From: Felis catus | Taxonomy: Eukaryota | Assembly: GCF_018350175.1 (NCBI RefSeq) | Contig: NC_058383.1 | Location: 13,766,001-13,830,000 of the forward strand | Direction of reading: 5' to 3' | DNA: 64,000 bases | Shown here: one piece after another, positions 38,166 to 51,336 of the stretch | Layout of the letters: each line of letters starts with the position of its first letter | Numbering within the stretch: position 1 is the first letter of the stretch | Notes under the pieces: model-generated | Seen by the model: only the letters and a program-made list of their open reading frames with translations | Databases searched by the model: none | Told to the model about the DNA's origin: nothing | Position numbers and translations under genes: made by a program

Positions 38166-39884
38166 AAAGTAATAGGTGTTTGTTTCTCATCCATCAGTCT
38201 TGACCGTGGCTGTTCCTGGTTGGCACGACTCTCTGCCATGCAGTGGTTTGGAGACCCAGGTCTTTTTCTCTGGTGGCTTTGACATGCCCTAAGCCTCCTG
38301 CTCTTCTGCGTTCATCCTGCCCAGGGAAGGGACCCAGAATTGACACTTAACCTTTTCTGCTCCGGGGTCCTCGCCAAGAGCAGGTCATGTGGCCTTAACT
38401 AGCTGCCGAGGGCCCGGGAGTGGCCAGGCGATGTATTCCTTTGCTGGGCAGTGGCTTACTTGTGACAACTCTGTGCTGTGGAAGGGTTGTGAGTTTGGTG
38501 TATACTTGGCGGGTGATTATACAGCGCCACATCTCCCCGTGAGCGCCCCCATTTTACCAAGAGAGATGTGGTCTTGGCTGAAGTCACATCGTTCATTGTG
38601 GGGCCTGCACTTGAACCCAGATGCTCAGGCCACGGTTTGGGGGGTTTTGTTTGGTTGGTTTTTGATGGCACCAGGGTAAGAAATGAAAAACAGCGTTGGG
38701 TTTGAGGGCAAGTAGACGGACAGGACAGCTGAAGCAAGACGGACAGACTGACATTCTGTCCCTACTGACCTTTGCGGTCCTTGCAAGAGACTACATCTGA
38801 AAACTCGCTCTTCAGTTTACGAGACGAGGCAGGCCCCTTAATGCTTGTTGTCTGTCGTTATTCCAGACCAGCCCCGTCCCCATCAGTCATCCTGCACTTG
38901 TACCTGAAAAGCTAACACACAGCTTTGCATCAAATTATTATGTGGCTGACCGTGTAATAAATAGATTCATAAAAACCTGTATTTAAGGTTCATGCTGCAC
39001 TTGCCCTGGAGTAAATGACAGCTGTTGGGCCTTCCTGTGGTATTTTGGGTTGTTGTTGAACTTCCCAAGTGACGAAGCCTCCGTAATTTCTCTCCCTGGT
39101 TAGTTTCCTCCCAGCCTGAGCAGCTGTACTCAAGTTTGTCGGGCACGCCCATTAGCTTTCACATGTAAAGGATGCCTTTTTTATATTCAAATGTCAGTAA
39201 TATATTATTTAATCATTAGGCAGTTTACTAAGTGTGTATTTGCCCCCATTGTTCTTCCTGAATGCCTAATCACCAAAGGGAAACGTTTAGAAACAAATGC
39301 TTTCTTCCAGGAACTGTGGTTTCCAGAATAGGGAGTGAGGGACATACCTTGCTTGATGTCACCAGTCGGTCATGGGGGTGGCTTGGGGATGACCCGGACG
39401 CTGCCACCTGGACCTGACCCCACGCCGAGGCCCAGCCCAAGGATACACGGAACTACAGGAAATTGCTGACATTCAACCATCTTTGTCCTTCCGAACAGCG
39501 GTCTCAGGTGGAATCAGACTGACACTAAACTGGATTTCTCATGAGGCTTTTGTCCCCGAGGCGCGAGGGCTCCGTTTTTTTCCCACCGCTGTCATAGTCA
39601 CGTGGGGGGTTCCTTGGAATCAGTGGAACCACACGTCACAGATGCGGGGGCACTCGATCCTGCCCCAGAAGCGCTTGATAGAGTGTGAACACGGACCCAG
39701 GGACAGAACAGCATGACCCGTGCGTCAGAATGCACGTGGCTGCCGGAGGAAAGGGTCACTGTCAAAAAGAGCCCTACGGAGGGCAGGTGGCCCCTGCGCA
39801 GGAGCCACTGACAAGTGAGGGACGCCCTGGTTGGCGAAAGGTGCCTGGAAGGGCATTTGAGCAGTGATGGGGAGAGGGAGCATT

Positions 39885-40115
39885 TGCCAGCTGGTTATGA
39901 GCCTGGGACCCTGGAACCAGGTGCAGATCCTAGATCTACCTCTCTCGCTAGCTCTGTGAGCTCGGGCCATTTCTCAGCCTCTCTGTGCACCAGTTTCTTC
40001 ATCTGCAAAATGGGGATGATAATCGTAGTGTTACAGTTTATCGACAGGATTAAATGAGTCAATATAAAGTGCGTAGCAAGGTGCCCAGCACCATACTGAG
40101 TGATAGGTAAGCAGT
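39885..40115 (+). mobile_element. MIR SINE
   Basis: cagtttcttcatctgcaaaatggggatgataat...aggattaaatgag. Confidence 0.8.
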
Positions 40116-43100
40116 GCTGTTTTTACGCAGAGCTCAGAGGCCTTCAGTGTGTTTGACAAGCAGTGAGGAGTTCAGACCGATGTTTGGGAGAAGTAAGTTC
40201 CCGAAGGTGGGACTGAGCTGGGGTGTGGTTACGAAGCCCACAGGTTGGCCAACCCCTTGCCTGTTGCCCAGAGCAGAGAAAGTCCCAAGACCCCACTGGC
40301 TGCGGCCCATTATCTACCTTTCTATGCTTCCTTCTGCCCCTCTTCCTATCTTAAAATCTCTAGTCCTTTCATTTGTAAGAAATGTACAGGTTTTCTCATT
40401 ACGCTTTGTTTTTAATACTTGTATGGCTGTAGCAGAGTTCCCTACGCCCCCAAGGGAGACCTAGAGCACTTTTCTCGTCCGGTTTGGGGTGTCCGGGAGG
40501 GTGGTCAGAGCACTTGGGCACAGCCCCTCCTCTGCTGCCGTTTTGCTGTGCTCTTTTTGATGGTGCAAGGTGCACCCTGGGGCTGTACCCTGTTCCTGGG
40601 AGTTGGAAGCTTTCACCAGAGGGTTAAATCAGCCACGGGAGAGCAACACTCCCAGCAACCTCAGAAAGAATAGGAAATGATCCTCTTGAAGGGAGCAGGG
40701 AGCTACTTGGCTTTTGCCGTGTTCCAGTACCCTCTTCTTGGAAAAACAACAACAACAACAACAACAAAAAACAGTTCCCCTCCCCCACCTTGTCTCTGCC
40801 TTCCCCCAACACACCTTGTACTAAATACATTTTTCAGACCTGACTTTGTGCAAACACAATGTTGTTCTGCAAGCATTAAAAGGCAATTTAGTACTCAAAG
40901 GATTAAAAGCTCATGTTAAATTGAAGACTACACTTGGCATAAACATTAAAAATTGACAGAACACCCAGCACATTAACTGCACCAGGGCTTCGTAATTAGC
41001 ATTTAAAAGTAAAACATCATTTCCTTACTGTTTCCTCCTTACTCATTTATAATGCATTTATTATAATACAGATGTGAACAGGAGGCTTTCTACCATCATC
41101 AGCGAATGAAAAATATACCTGAGCTGAGAAAGAAACTGGGATTTATTTAATTCAGCCTAAAACAGCAAAACCAAGGAAAAAGTCCCTCACTGGGCTGGTT
41201 TGAAAGCCTCGCGCCTCCCTTTGGAAGATTGACCCAGGGGCCCCAGAGAAATCACCTTGATGTTTCTTTTCCTTTTTTAGCCTTTCGCTAGCAAACACTG
41301 GGCAGAAAAACCCGACCAGGCTGATGCTAGGCCCAAACTGGCATCTAAAATCGATCAGCTGGCAGGTCACCCAAGGAACATGGAAAGAGCTCGTTGGCTC
41401 ATCGCTGAGGCCTCTTCAAAACTTTGGGAAGACTGGAATCCAATTTTGCAATTCGAGGTGAAATTCTGCTGACTTAACACAGATGGCTGAGTTTGTAAAT
41501 GAGGACACCTGTTCATGACACCTTTGGGCTCCTGCTTAAATCGGGGCTTTTGTATTTAGCGTGATCAAATTTGTAAACCTGAATGCAGTCCAAATCCGAT
41601 CTTACTTTCTTCCTCTTCGGTTAGTTCCGAATGTGCTGCCTCTGCCCCCTCTCAGGGCACGGGGTTCTAGTCCTCTAATTTCCATGCACCTTGTGGTCAC
41701 CAGGGCGGAGGGAGGGTCACCAGATTGCAGACGTGACAGATGAGGTCCGGAGGAAGGCTTGAGATCCTGGTGTTTTGGTGATAACCGCTGGACCACACTT
41801 GGCGTACAGAGGTCGTACAGACACTCTGAAATCAGTGTTCAGCTATTGAAATCACATCAGCAGCTGCAGAGTGCCAGGCCCCTGTGGTAAACCCATGGAG
41901 ATTACAAAAATCAGCAAACGTGGTTCTTGCCCTCAGTGAACTTACCGTAGAGACGTCTGAGAACTCATTATCTGTCTCAGGCCTCTTCTACCGGACCTCA
42001 TTTGCAATGTGATTGAGCAATACCTTTCCTTGGCGATACCTAGATATCCTGACAAGCATGTTCTGCTAAGGCGGACCTCCCAGGCTGTCCCCAAGTGGCC
42101 CCGGATTCCCTGGCCGGGGCACTATCAAGTTTATTGGGTTAGCCAGTTGACAGGACAAATAAAATATCTGGGCTGCAGGGCCAGTCTGGGTGAACGCATG
42201 ACATAAGGGTGTTAAAAGTGGAAGAGAATTCTGAAAATAGATTTCACCCTTGTCAGAACAGTGCCAGGCTGGCTCAGCCCACGGGATGCCTCAGCCGTGG
42301 AGGATTTGGGCAGTGAAGCACATGTCCCTGGGGGGTGGGGGTGGGGGTAGCAGCTTGGGAGAGAGGAGGGTTCCTCCCAGAGTCAGGTTCCCGAGGAACC
42401 AATTTGGCACCTGCTCCATGGCAATCTCTTGGAGGCAAAGAGAAAGAAGAGGCTCTGGTACAGATGTGGGAATAGTCTGATGCAGGCAGGCCCCGTCTAT
42501 TTTCTTTACGTCGTCTTAATGATTTTTAAAATTCCAGAAATGCATCCGTGCCCCTGCATGACTTGAAAATGCTTCTCTCTCCCAAAGAACCATGGGCTAC
42601 AGCAGCCCCTCACAGCAGTCAGGAGCGCGGCCTGCTGTCTGAGGGGTGAGGACCCGAGCCTAGATTCCGAGTCAGGTTCGCATCGAAGCCTGGCAGGGCC
42701 TGGAGGGTGGCCGAGTGTAGTTTGCAGGCTTGTTAATTACCATAGTGTTTTTATGGGAAGGTCCTTGGGTGTGTTTGTGGGAACAGAACCCTGATTTTAA
42801 TTACATCCCTTCTGGTTATTCAGATTATATACTTCTAAGGATTTTTGTTTCTCTGGCTCTCACCTTCCCCACAGAGGTACAGAGGAGTTCAAACACTGAA
42901 AATACCTGTACGCTGTGCTTACACAGATAACAGGAGCCGAGGATTTTGGAGCTGGGAGTTCACGTGGCCAGCCCCGCCCCCTCAACCTGCAGGGGACAGA
43001 ACTGAGGCTCCGAGAACTTTAGGCGACTTGCCCAAATCTCCTCCACCTCCGCTAGGTACATCTCACTGGCCTGCAAATGATGTTTTTCGTTTCCAGTTCT

Positions 43101-43398
43101 CAGTCGAAGTTCCAATCAGAATCAGACAGTTCCCTGTCCCTCCTCTGAGTGTTGAGGTCGTTGGGCGAAGAGCCATAACGGCCGCATTTTCCGTGTGATT
43201 CTGACTCGCTTCTTCTCTGCTACCAGAGCGCTAAGGACGCGTCAACGCCGTACTGGGCAGAAGAGCGAACACACTTAGCAGATTCGAATCGACACACAGC
43301 ACACCTCACGCGGGCTCTTGGGGGGCCTCAGGGCACTTCCGAATTGGAAATATAAAATGAATCCAAGTTGCACACTTGTGGAGTGGCCAGAGGAAGTC

Positions 43399-43457
43399 TT
43401 CCTTCCTTCCTTCCTTCCTTCCTTCCTTCCTTCCTTCCTTCCTTTCTTTCTTTCTTT
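43399..43457. repeat. (TTCC)n-(TTTC)n microsatellite
   Basis: direct reading. Confidence 0.95.
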
Positions 43458-46176
43458 AACTTTTCAGGAGGACGCAGGTAATAATGGCCCTTGGCGTTTT
43501 AATATTTTATTTGATTTCTTTTTTCCAGTATTTTTAATTGAACCCTGTTTTAATTGCCTTTTCTGCACACTGGGTCTGCAGCCTGGGTGGGGAAGGAAGG
43601 CTGATAAATGAAATGATGATTGTCATTACTTCCTTTCTCTCTGCTCTGTCTTAATCAAATTATGATCGATTCCATCCACGTATAAGCCCCGATCCTCGTG
43701 TGCGTGTGTCGGAAAACAGCAAGTGTTCAGTAAGAAGTCTGAAAATTCTAATCTAACCGAGAGGAAGAGTCATCGCCATCGTCACCAAGTGAGGAAAGGC
43801 AATTGGGGCAAATTCGTGTGGTCAAATCGAGCCATCAAAGCAGAGTGAGGCCTTCAAACCCGGCCACCCAGAGTACTTGATTCCAGGCTACACAGCCCGT
43901 GGCAGACAAGGTTTCCTAGGCTCGAGAGCTAGCAGTGACCTAGGAGAGACCTGGGTCCCTCCCCCGTGTCCAGTCACAGCCCAGGGCAGACACGGCTTAC
44001 CGCGTACATGCTCGGCTGTGACCCCCATAAATCAGGGCACTTCCTTTATAGCTTTTCAGGTTTCCAGGGGCAGTTAGTGAGTTGCCCTTAGGATAAGAGA
44101 ATAAACAACCCCATTTCCTTTAACTTCTGCGCCTCCTCTACCCTCTGCGACCCCAATCCTATTTTTAAAATTTTGACCTATTTGTTTTATGCACAGCCAT
44201 TGGTTGCCGAATGACTGTGGCCACCCTGAAGGGGCCTTAGCAGAGAATCACAAAACAAATCTGGCTCACACAGAGATGACTTCTAGCCTTGCTGAGTCTA
44301 CTTCCTCCCCAGCTGGGTATGCAGTGGGTAGCTTATTCATCAGGCTGGTAAAATGATTTAGATTTGATGGTCGAAGGGAAAACTTGTCAATCTTGGTAAC
44401 TACTTAAAGAAAAGGAAAAGTGGCCCTTAAAAGGATGGCCCTACCCCTTGGTAATACCTCCTTCTCCTCGGGACTTGCTTTAATAGAGTTCCTTATTTCA
44501 AAGGGAGTGCAAATATTTGTTTCCTACTGTGTACAGTTTACTGGGCTAGCCACCGCGGGCCAAGCAAGGCAAATCAAAGTGTCGTCTTTTTTTCCCATTT
44601 CCCTTCATTTCAGCAAAAACACCAACATATGTCAAGACTCTCCTTGGCACTGGCTGGTCTACCCAGTTTCCCCCTGTCAGCCTGGGGTGTAGCAAGAAAT
44701 CACCCCACTGTGACTGAAGACGGAGCTGGATTCAAAGGGGTTAAAATGCCTTGTCCAAGACCTGGGTGGCTTTGGTGGGGCAGGGGCGAAATCTGAAAGC
44801 CAGTCTCTAATCTGGTCCATAGTATCGTCAACCTAGAAGGAAGAATCCGATGGTTTGGCACAGAGCTCTGTCCTCAGGCCTTGCCTGTTTGAAGCCTTCT
44901 AGGGGTGAAAAGAGAGAGTAGGGAACGCCAGGCTGGGAAGAGACAATCGGCACAACCGTCCCCAACAGGCTGGGGGCGGCGGGAAAGCGGAACAATGAAG
45001 GTAGAAGGAGGAAAGCATCCGTCCAGAAGACTTGGTGAACTAAGGGGAGGGGAGGGGGACAGACCCACCCAGGCCTTTGGCCATCATGAGGAGAGGCCTG
45101 GGACTTCGTCTCTGGAAATGCTGGTTTCTGAAGCGTCCACAGGACCCTCAGTGCCACCATCTAATCGAGGAGTTGGAAATATGGGTCTGGAATTCAGGAG
45201 AAATGCAGAGGTAGAGATTGGGGAGCCATCTGCTTAGAAACTATGGTAGAAGTTGGGGAATCAGTAAGAGTCTCCTGCCTCCTTCTTTCAAGACATTGAA
45301 GGGGGACCTTGAAAAATCCCACTATTAAAGGAACAGAAGCAGAAGGAGGCAACATTGCTCGACAAAATAAGAGGTTAGCATTCACTGTCATGGAAGCCCA
45401 GTGACAAAGGGAGGGGCAGTCGGCAAGTCCTACAGAAGGAGAGACAGAAAGTGCCACTGGATTTGTTCATTGGGAGGGCCTTGGCCAGAGACCTGCTGGC
45501 CTCATAAATGTTAAAAGCCAGCGTCACGCTTTTCTTTTGAGGAGGTGTGAAGAGGTAGCAGTCGCTGAAGAAGTGGGACGTGTGATTTTTAAAAGCTGAA
45601 GGACCAGAGGAAGCTCCCAGAACAGGGACGTCCATCCTCCTGTAGTATTTAGAGAACAGGAAGGTAGAAAAGGAGATGGCCGCTTCGCTGGCGGTGCTGG
45701 CCCAAGCCTCGCAGAAGGGCAGCTGAGTGATTGGGTCAGCCCCGTCAAGACACTCAAAGGTGATCGCGCTAATCAGACTCCAGGGAAACTGACTAAATTA
45801 TAGCACAAATCTTTGTGTTTACAAGGAACAGTATAGCCACCAACCCCGACCCGAATGACTTACATGCACGAGTTGGCACATTGTCCCCTGAAGGACAGTC
45901 CCCCAGGAAACCAAATTATAATCAGAAGGTCAGTTGGTGACAGAGGTCAGTCGTAAGAACAAGAGGTGAGGGCAGAATTGCCCCTTCCATCATGTGTGAA
46001 CCCCCAGTACTGTGTGGTGACTTTTACTGTTATACTTACAGTTCTTTATTCTACTTTCTGGTTATAGTGCTTCATAGTACTGGACTGTATCTTCACTGAG
46101 AGCATTGTCTGCGTCTTATTTGTGCACACTGGAGCAAAGAATTCTGTGTTTGTCACATATTAGATATGGAGGAGAT

Positions 46177-46803
46177 GATGGATGGATGGATGGATGGATG
46201 GATGGATGGATGGATGGGTGGATGGATGGGTGGTGGATGGATGGGGATGGATGGATGGTGGATGGATGGATGGGTGGTGGATGGGTGGATGGATGGGTGG
46301 TGGATGGATGGGGATGGATGGATGGTGGATGGATGGATGGGTGGATGGATGGGTGGTGGATGGATGGGGATGGATGGATGGATGGGTGGATGGATGGGTG
46401 GTGGATGGATGGGGATGGGTGGATGGTGGATGGATGGATGGATGGGTGGTGGATGGGTGGATGGATGGGTGGTGGATGGATGGGGATGGATGGATGGGTG
46501 GATGGATGGGTGGTGGATGGATGGGGATGGATGGATGGATGGATGGGTGGATGGATGGATGGTGGATGGATGGGGATGGGTAGATGGTGGATGGATGGAT
46601 GGATGGATGGATGGGTGGATGGATGGATGGTGGATGGATGGGGATGGGTGGATGTTGGATGGATGGGTGGATGGATGGATGGTGGATGGATGGGGATGGG
46701 TGGATGGTGGATGGGTGGATGGTGGATGGATGGGTGGATGGATGGATGGATGGTGGATGGATGGGGATGGATGGATGGTGGATGGTGGATGGAGGATGGA
46801 TGA
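46177..46803. repeat. Complex (GGAT)n satellite with GGGT/GGT/GGGGAT variants
   Basis: direct reading; source of the low-complexity MDGW/IHPS ORFs. Confidence 0.97.
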
Positions 46804-49800
46804 AAGGAAGACAGACAAACAGAAGGCCATATAGAAAGGTGGATGGATAAACAAGAGAATGATTTGATTTGATTTGATTTTAGCTCTCTTCTAATCACAT
46901 TGGGATCCTGACTCCCTGAGATTACACTAAGGTCCCCTGGGTTGGATTGGGGTCACTCCAGATCTCTTCAGCCTTCAGCCATGAATTTATAGGCAGTCTC
47001 TTGGGCTACTTCTGCAGTTGACCAGTCTCATTCTTTATGTTCTAATTATTTTTCATTGTAGTTTTTCTACTATGAAATAACATCTCAAGTTCTGGAAACA
47101 TCTTTTTGAACAGTAACACCCAGTGTTTAGACATGTAAATGTGTACCAAATATATACCCATTTATATGCATATAAATATACTCCAAAACTTTTGAATTCG
47201 ATGTAGTGCCTTTTAACTATATAGGTATTTCTATATAGGTGTTTCAAATCCTGAGAGGGGCTCATATAACAAGACCCACTTTACTGAGGAGGCCCAGAGC
47301 AGGGAAGCGATAGGCATGGTCAGAATGCCAACCAGGACTTTTGACTCCGAGGTCTTGTTTGACGAGCCCAACACGGCACTGTGCGCGCCTCTCATGTACC
47401 CCCGAGGTTGACATGGTTTGCGAGCAGCCTGGTCATTTGTTCGGTTGATCTGTTTTCCTTGGGACTATAAAATCTGAGTTCACAAACGCGGAGCAGTTAC
47501 GGTGTTCCCTTGTTTGGAGACTTTCTAGTTCATTTTTGCTAAAACCAAAAACTCTATTGCGTTTCCTCCAGGGATTTTCCTCAGTTGTATTTCCACCCCG
47601 CTACTGGAACTCCTCCTCCTTCGGGGGCCATTACTATCCAGTTGGCAGACGAGTGGGTGAGGGAGGCGGAGGAGGAGGAACAAGGTGGTCTCCCCTGTAG
47701 CTGATGTGCAGAATAATTTTTGCCTGAGCACGGGCCGTCTCGTTCTCCCGGTCTGTCCTGTCCCAAGTGTTCTTCCATCAGCGGCGGGGGGGAGAGCCAT
47801 GACCATAGTTCCACTCTATTCATTTCCGTGAAGACAGACGCGTGGCCAAGAATTCAGATTCAAAGAGAAAAAGGAGAGAAGAAAATAGCAGATGTCCTAA
47901 GAGGTACCTGCTTTTCATGGAACAACACTTTGTGTGGAAGGGGAGGAAATGACTCTGTAAACTCTTCATTTTCCGTTCTCTTCTCCATTCCTTGGTTTTC
48001 TCCATTCCTTGGTTTAGCGTGTCACACCCATCTGATCACAATCCCTGGAAGATGGAACCGATACAGCGAGGGCCTTGGAGAGAGTGGGGAGGCATTTTGT
48101 TTTGTGTCATTTGGGGGCAGGTAGAGGAGTTGAGGCATATAACCCCGAAGCCTGTCTGAGAGTAGTATACTCCGAGAGAAGACTTTTCTGGATCATTTGC
48201 AGGCTCGGTGTCTCCAGAATATGTTGGCAAGTCTCTGCATGATCTTGAAAACCAAATGACAAAGGGGGGACAGCCTCACTTGGCACATCAGACAGCTTTC
48301 CGTCCGTGCTTGTCTTCTGTGGCTCTCAAAAAAGAATCCCCAACACCTGATACATTCATGCCCTGTTAGCTCTGAGGTAAGGCTGGTCCCTTCTCAAGCC
48401 TTTGCCAGTCTCTGTGTGAAGAGAAAAGAAACTTACGTTGGTGACATCTCCCAATGCAGGTGTTGACTAATGACATGTGTTAGACAATATCAGATTAACT
48501 TTTATTCTATCAAACAGGCAGATGGACGCGGTTCACCCCAGAGTGACCCAGGACCGATTTTGTGCCCATGACTCCCCCTACCCCTCCAAAAAAAAAAAAA
48601 AGTATGCATTCACTCCCCTTTACAAATGCCTCGGTTAAGAATCTGCTTTAAGGTTACAGAAAAAGAGAAAGGATCTCTTGAGCATAGTTTAGGAGCAACA
48701 TGCATGCTAGGCTGAGTTGTAAATAGTTGTGGGGTGCCAGTTTTTATGTGGTTCTCCCTGGCAGTCTTTGTGAGAGCTTCCCTGCAGTTCTAGAATTCCT
48801 TCTATGTACATTACCTCTTAGGGAATGGGGGTACATCTTGTGTTTCCCCCTGCTCCCCCAATTCAACGTCTCCCCAGGAGACCCCAGCAGAAATGACAGT
48901 AGGTAGCACTTGTGTGGATTGGGTGCCTGCTCTATCCCTGCATGTACGTTAATACAGATTATTTATCCTTTACAGCTAGCCGATGCCCTGAGCCCCATCC
49001 TACAGATAGGATTCTGATGTGCAGAGATTAAAGATCTTATCCAATCCACCTGGCCTTTACGTAGGACAGGGGTTTGGACCTGATCTGCCTCACTCGAGAG
49101 CACACGTCCTTCCCCTGGACCACATAACCTGAGATCACGGATGCCTGTTTCCCTGGCCCTGTAATGGGCCCGCTTCAGTCTCCCCTCTGGGGATGTTCCC
49201 GGTGCCGGAAGGGGAGGGGCTGCCTGAGAAAGGAGTATTCATGCATCAGTTAAAATAGGTGTCCTAGCCTCTTGTCTCGCCTTCATATTCACAAATGTTC
49301 ATTTCTTTCTTTCTCTCTCTCTTTTTTATTCTTCCTAGGGATGATGACTGACAGATTAATATATGTCTAACTACATGTCTCAGAAATCAAAGGGAAGGTG
49401 CTGTCAGAATCACTTGTCAGAAAATGAGATTAGGCGCACTTGTCATTTGCTGAGGATTGCAGTCTTTCAGAGATAAGGTTTCATTTAATGAGGGTAAAAA
49501 GCCTCCTTAAAAAAAAAAAAAAAGAAGAAGAGGGAGCAAGGGTGGGGAGAGAAGAAGTGATGTTCTTTTTTCTGGTGTCAGCCAAGTGTTTTATCACCTA
49601 ACGTGATCCCGGGGCACCTGGTGGCCCCTGATAATGGCAGCCTGGCCTTCCCCCCTCTCCCCCCCCCCCCCAACCACTTCAGAGGCAGCCGCTGCGACCT
49701 TCCTACCTCTCTTTGGAAGCTGATGCTCCTTTCCTATGGGAGAGGGAGCTAAGCACGCACTCTAGATTTAAAAGCAGGCTCCAGAAAACATGTGGTATAA

Positions 49801-50234
49801 AGGAAACGTAGAGTCACATTTCCCAACAAACTATAAAGAATCCACAGTGGATTTCAGCGAGATCTGGAGCTTGTCTGACAAGTGAAGGGTGACTAATGAG
49901 GACCAGAGCTGGATCCCCACTGCAACCAATTGTGTTTTGTTATGGAAAATATTTATCAAGTTCCTTTGCATTTGTTGATTCTCTCCAAAGTGACAGGGTA
50001 AGATCCTCGGGGCTGTGGTGTGAGGTGTGATATACCTCCTGCACGCTACAGTTCACACCGGCGGTCGCTGCCCCGTTAGTAAGTTTCTCGTGCGTCTCTG
50101 GTGTGGACGCTCCGGCGGTATTTCCCACCAACCCCCACCCCCCGCCACCCTCAATCATGGAAATTGCCTCCGAAGTGAAGGACTTTATTACGGGAAATGC
50201 CCATGACATGGCGGGAAATCCATATTTAAAGACC

Positions 50235-50692
50235 TGTTCCAGTTATCCACTCCAAAACTTCGAGGTGTGAAACAGCCACCCCTTTATTACGCTCACAGAT
50301 TCAGGGGGTCAGGAATTTGCACAGGGCCCCGCGGGGACAGCAGGTCTCTGCTGCAGGATGTCCAGGTGACTTGAGTGGCAGGGGGCTAGGATCGTCTGGA
50401 GACCTCTTCCCTCACATGCCCCATGCCTGGGCGGGCATGACTCAGGGCTGAGCTTGGCCGGGACTGTCCGTGGGGGCACCTGCACAAGGTTTTCCCACGT
50501 GGCGTGGCCTTCTCGCAGAACGGCCGCTGGGTTCTGGGAGGAGCTTCCAGAGAGGCAGAAGCAGCGAGGCTTCCTGTGATCTCACCTTGGAAATGGCGCC
50601 ACTTCTGTCATGAATTCGCCAAGTTCAAGGGAAGGGGTGTAGGCTCCACCCCCCATGGGAAGGATTTGCAGTCACGTTTTAAAACCCCCATG
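50235..50692. mobile_element. MaLR solo LTR (MLT1F/G/H-like)
   Basis: ccaaaactt...attacgctcacagattc...gtcaggaatttg...cacttctgtca...gcagtcacgttttaaaacc. Confidence 0.7.
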
Positions 50693-50834
50693 ATGCCTTA
50701 AAGGTTTCTTTCTACCTGTGCTTTCGTTTACTCTCATGGACAAAATGGTCCCTATATGTAAAGTATAGGACATTTGGATTATTTACTGGGGACCTGGCAT
50801 GCATGGCTCCTCCTGTTATTAAGAAATACATCTA

Positions 50835-51063
50835 GGGGGAGTGCCTGGGTGGCGCAGTCGGTTAAGCGTCCGACTTCAGCCAGGTCACGATCTCGCGGTC
50901 CGTGAGTTCGAGCCCCGCGTCGGGCTCTGGGCTGATGGCTCAGAGCCTGGAGCCTGTTTCCGATTCTGTGTCTCCCTCTCTCTCTGCCCCTCGCCCGTTC
51001 ATGCTCTGTCTCTCTCTGTCCCCAAAATAAATAATAAAACGTTGAAAAAAATTTTTTTAAAAA
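50835..51063 (+). mobile_element. Young SINEC_Fc-type Can-SINE
   Basis: TSD aagaaatacatcta 50821-50834 / 51064-51077. Confidence 0.96.
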
Positions 51064-51077
51064 AAGAAATACATCTA

Positions 51078-51336
51078 GGGGCACCTGGGTGGCTCAGCTG
51101 GTTAAGCATCTGACTTCAGCTCAGGTCACGATCTCGCGGTCTGTGAGTTCGAGCCCCGCGTCGGGCTCTGGGCTGACAGCTTGGGGCCTGGAGCCGGCTT
51201 CCGATTCTGTGTCTCCCTCTCTCTCTGCTTGTCCCCTGCTCACACATGTCCTCTCTCTCTCCCTCTGTCTCTGTCTCTCTCTCTTCTCTCTCTCTCTCTC
51301 TCTCTCAAAAGTAAATAAACATTAAGAAAAAAAAAA
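51078..51336 (+). mobile_element. Can-SINE with expanded (CT)n
   Basis: TSD aagaaat(a/c)catcta 51064-51077 / 51337-51350. Confidence 0.95.

Noticed and set aside
46105..46898. ORFs of 220-260 aa (MDGW/IHPS repeats)
   Set aside because: Translations of the stop-free GGAT satellite on both strands
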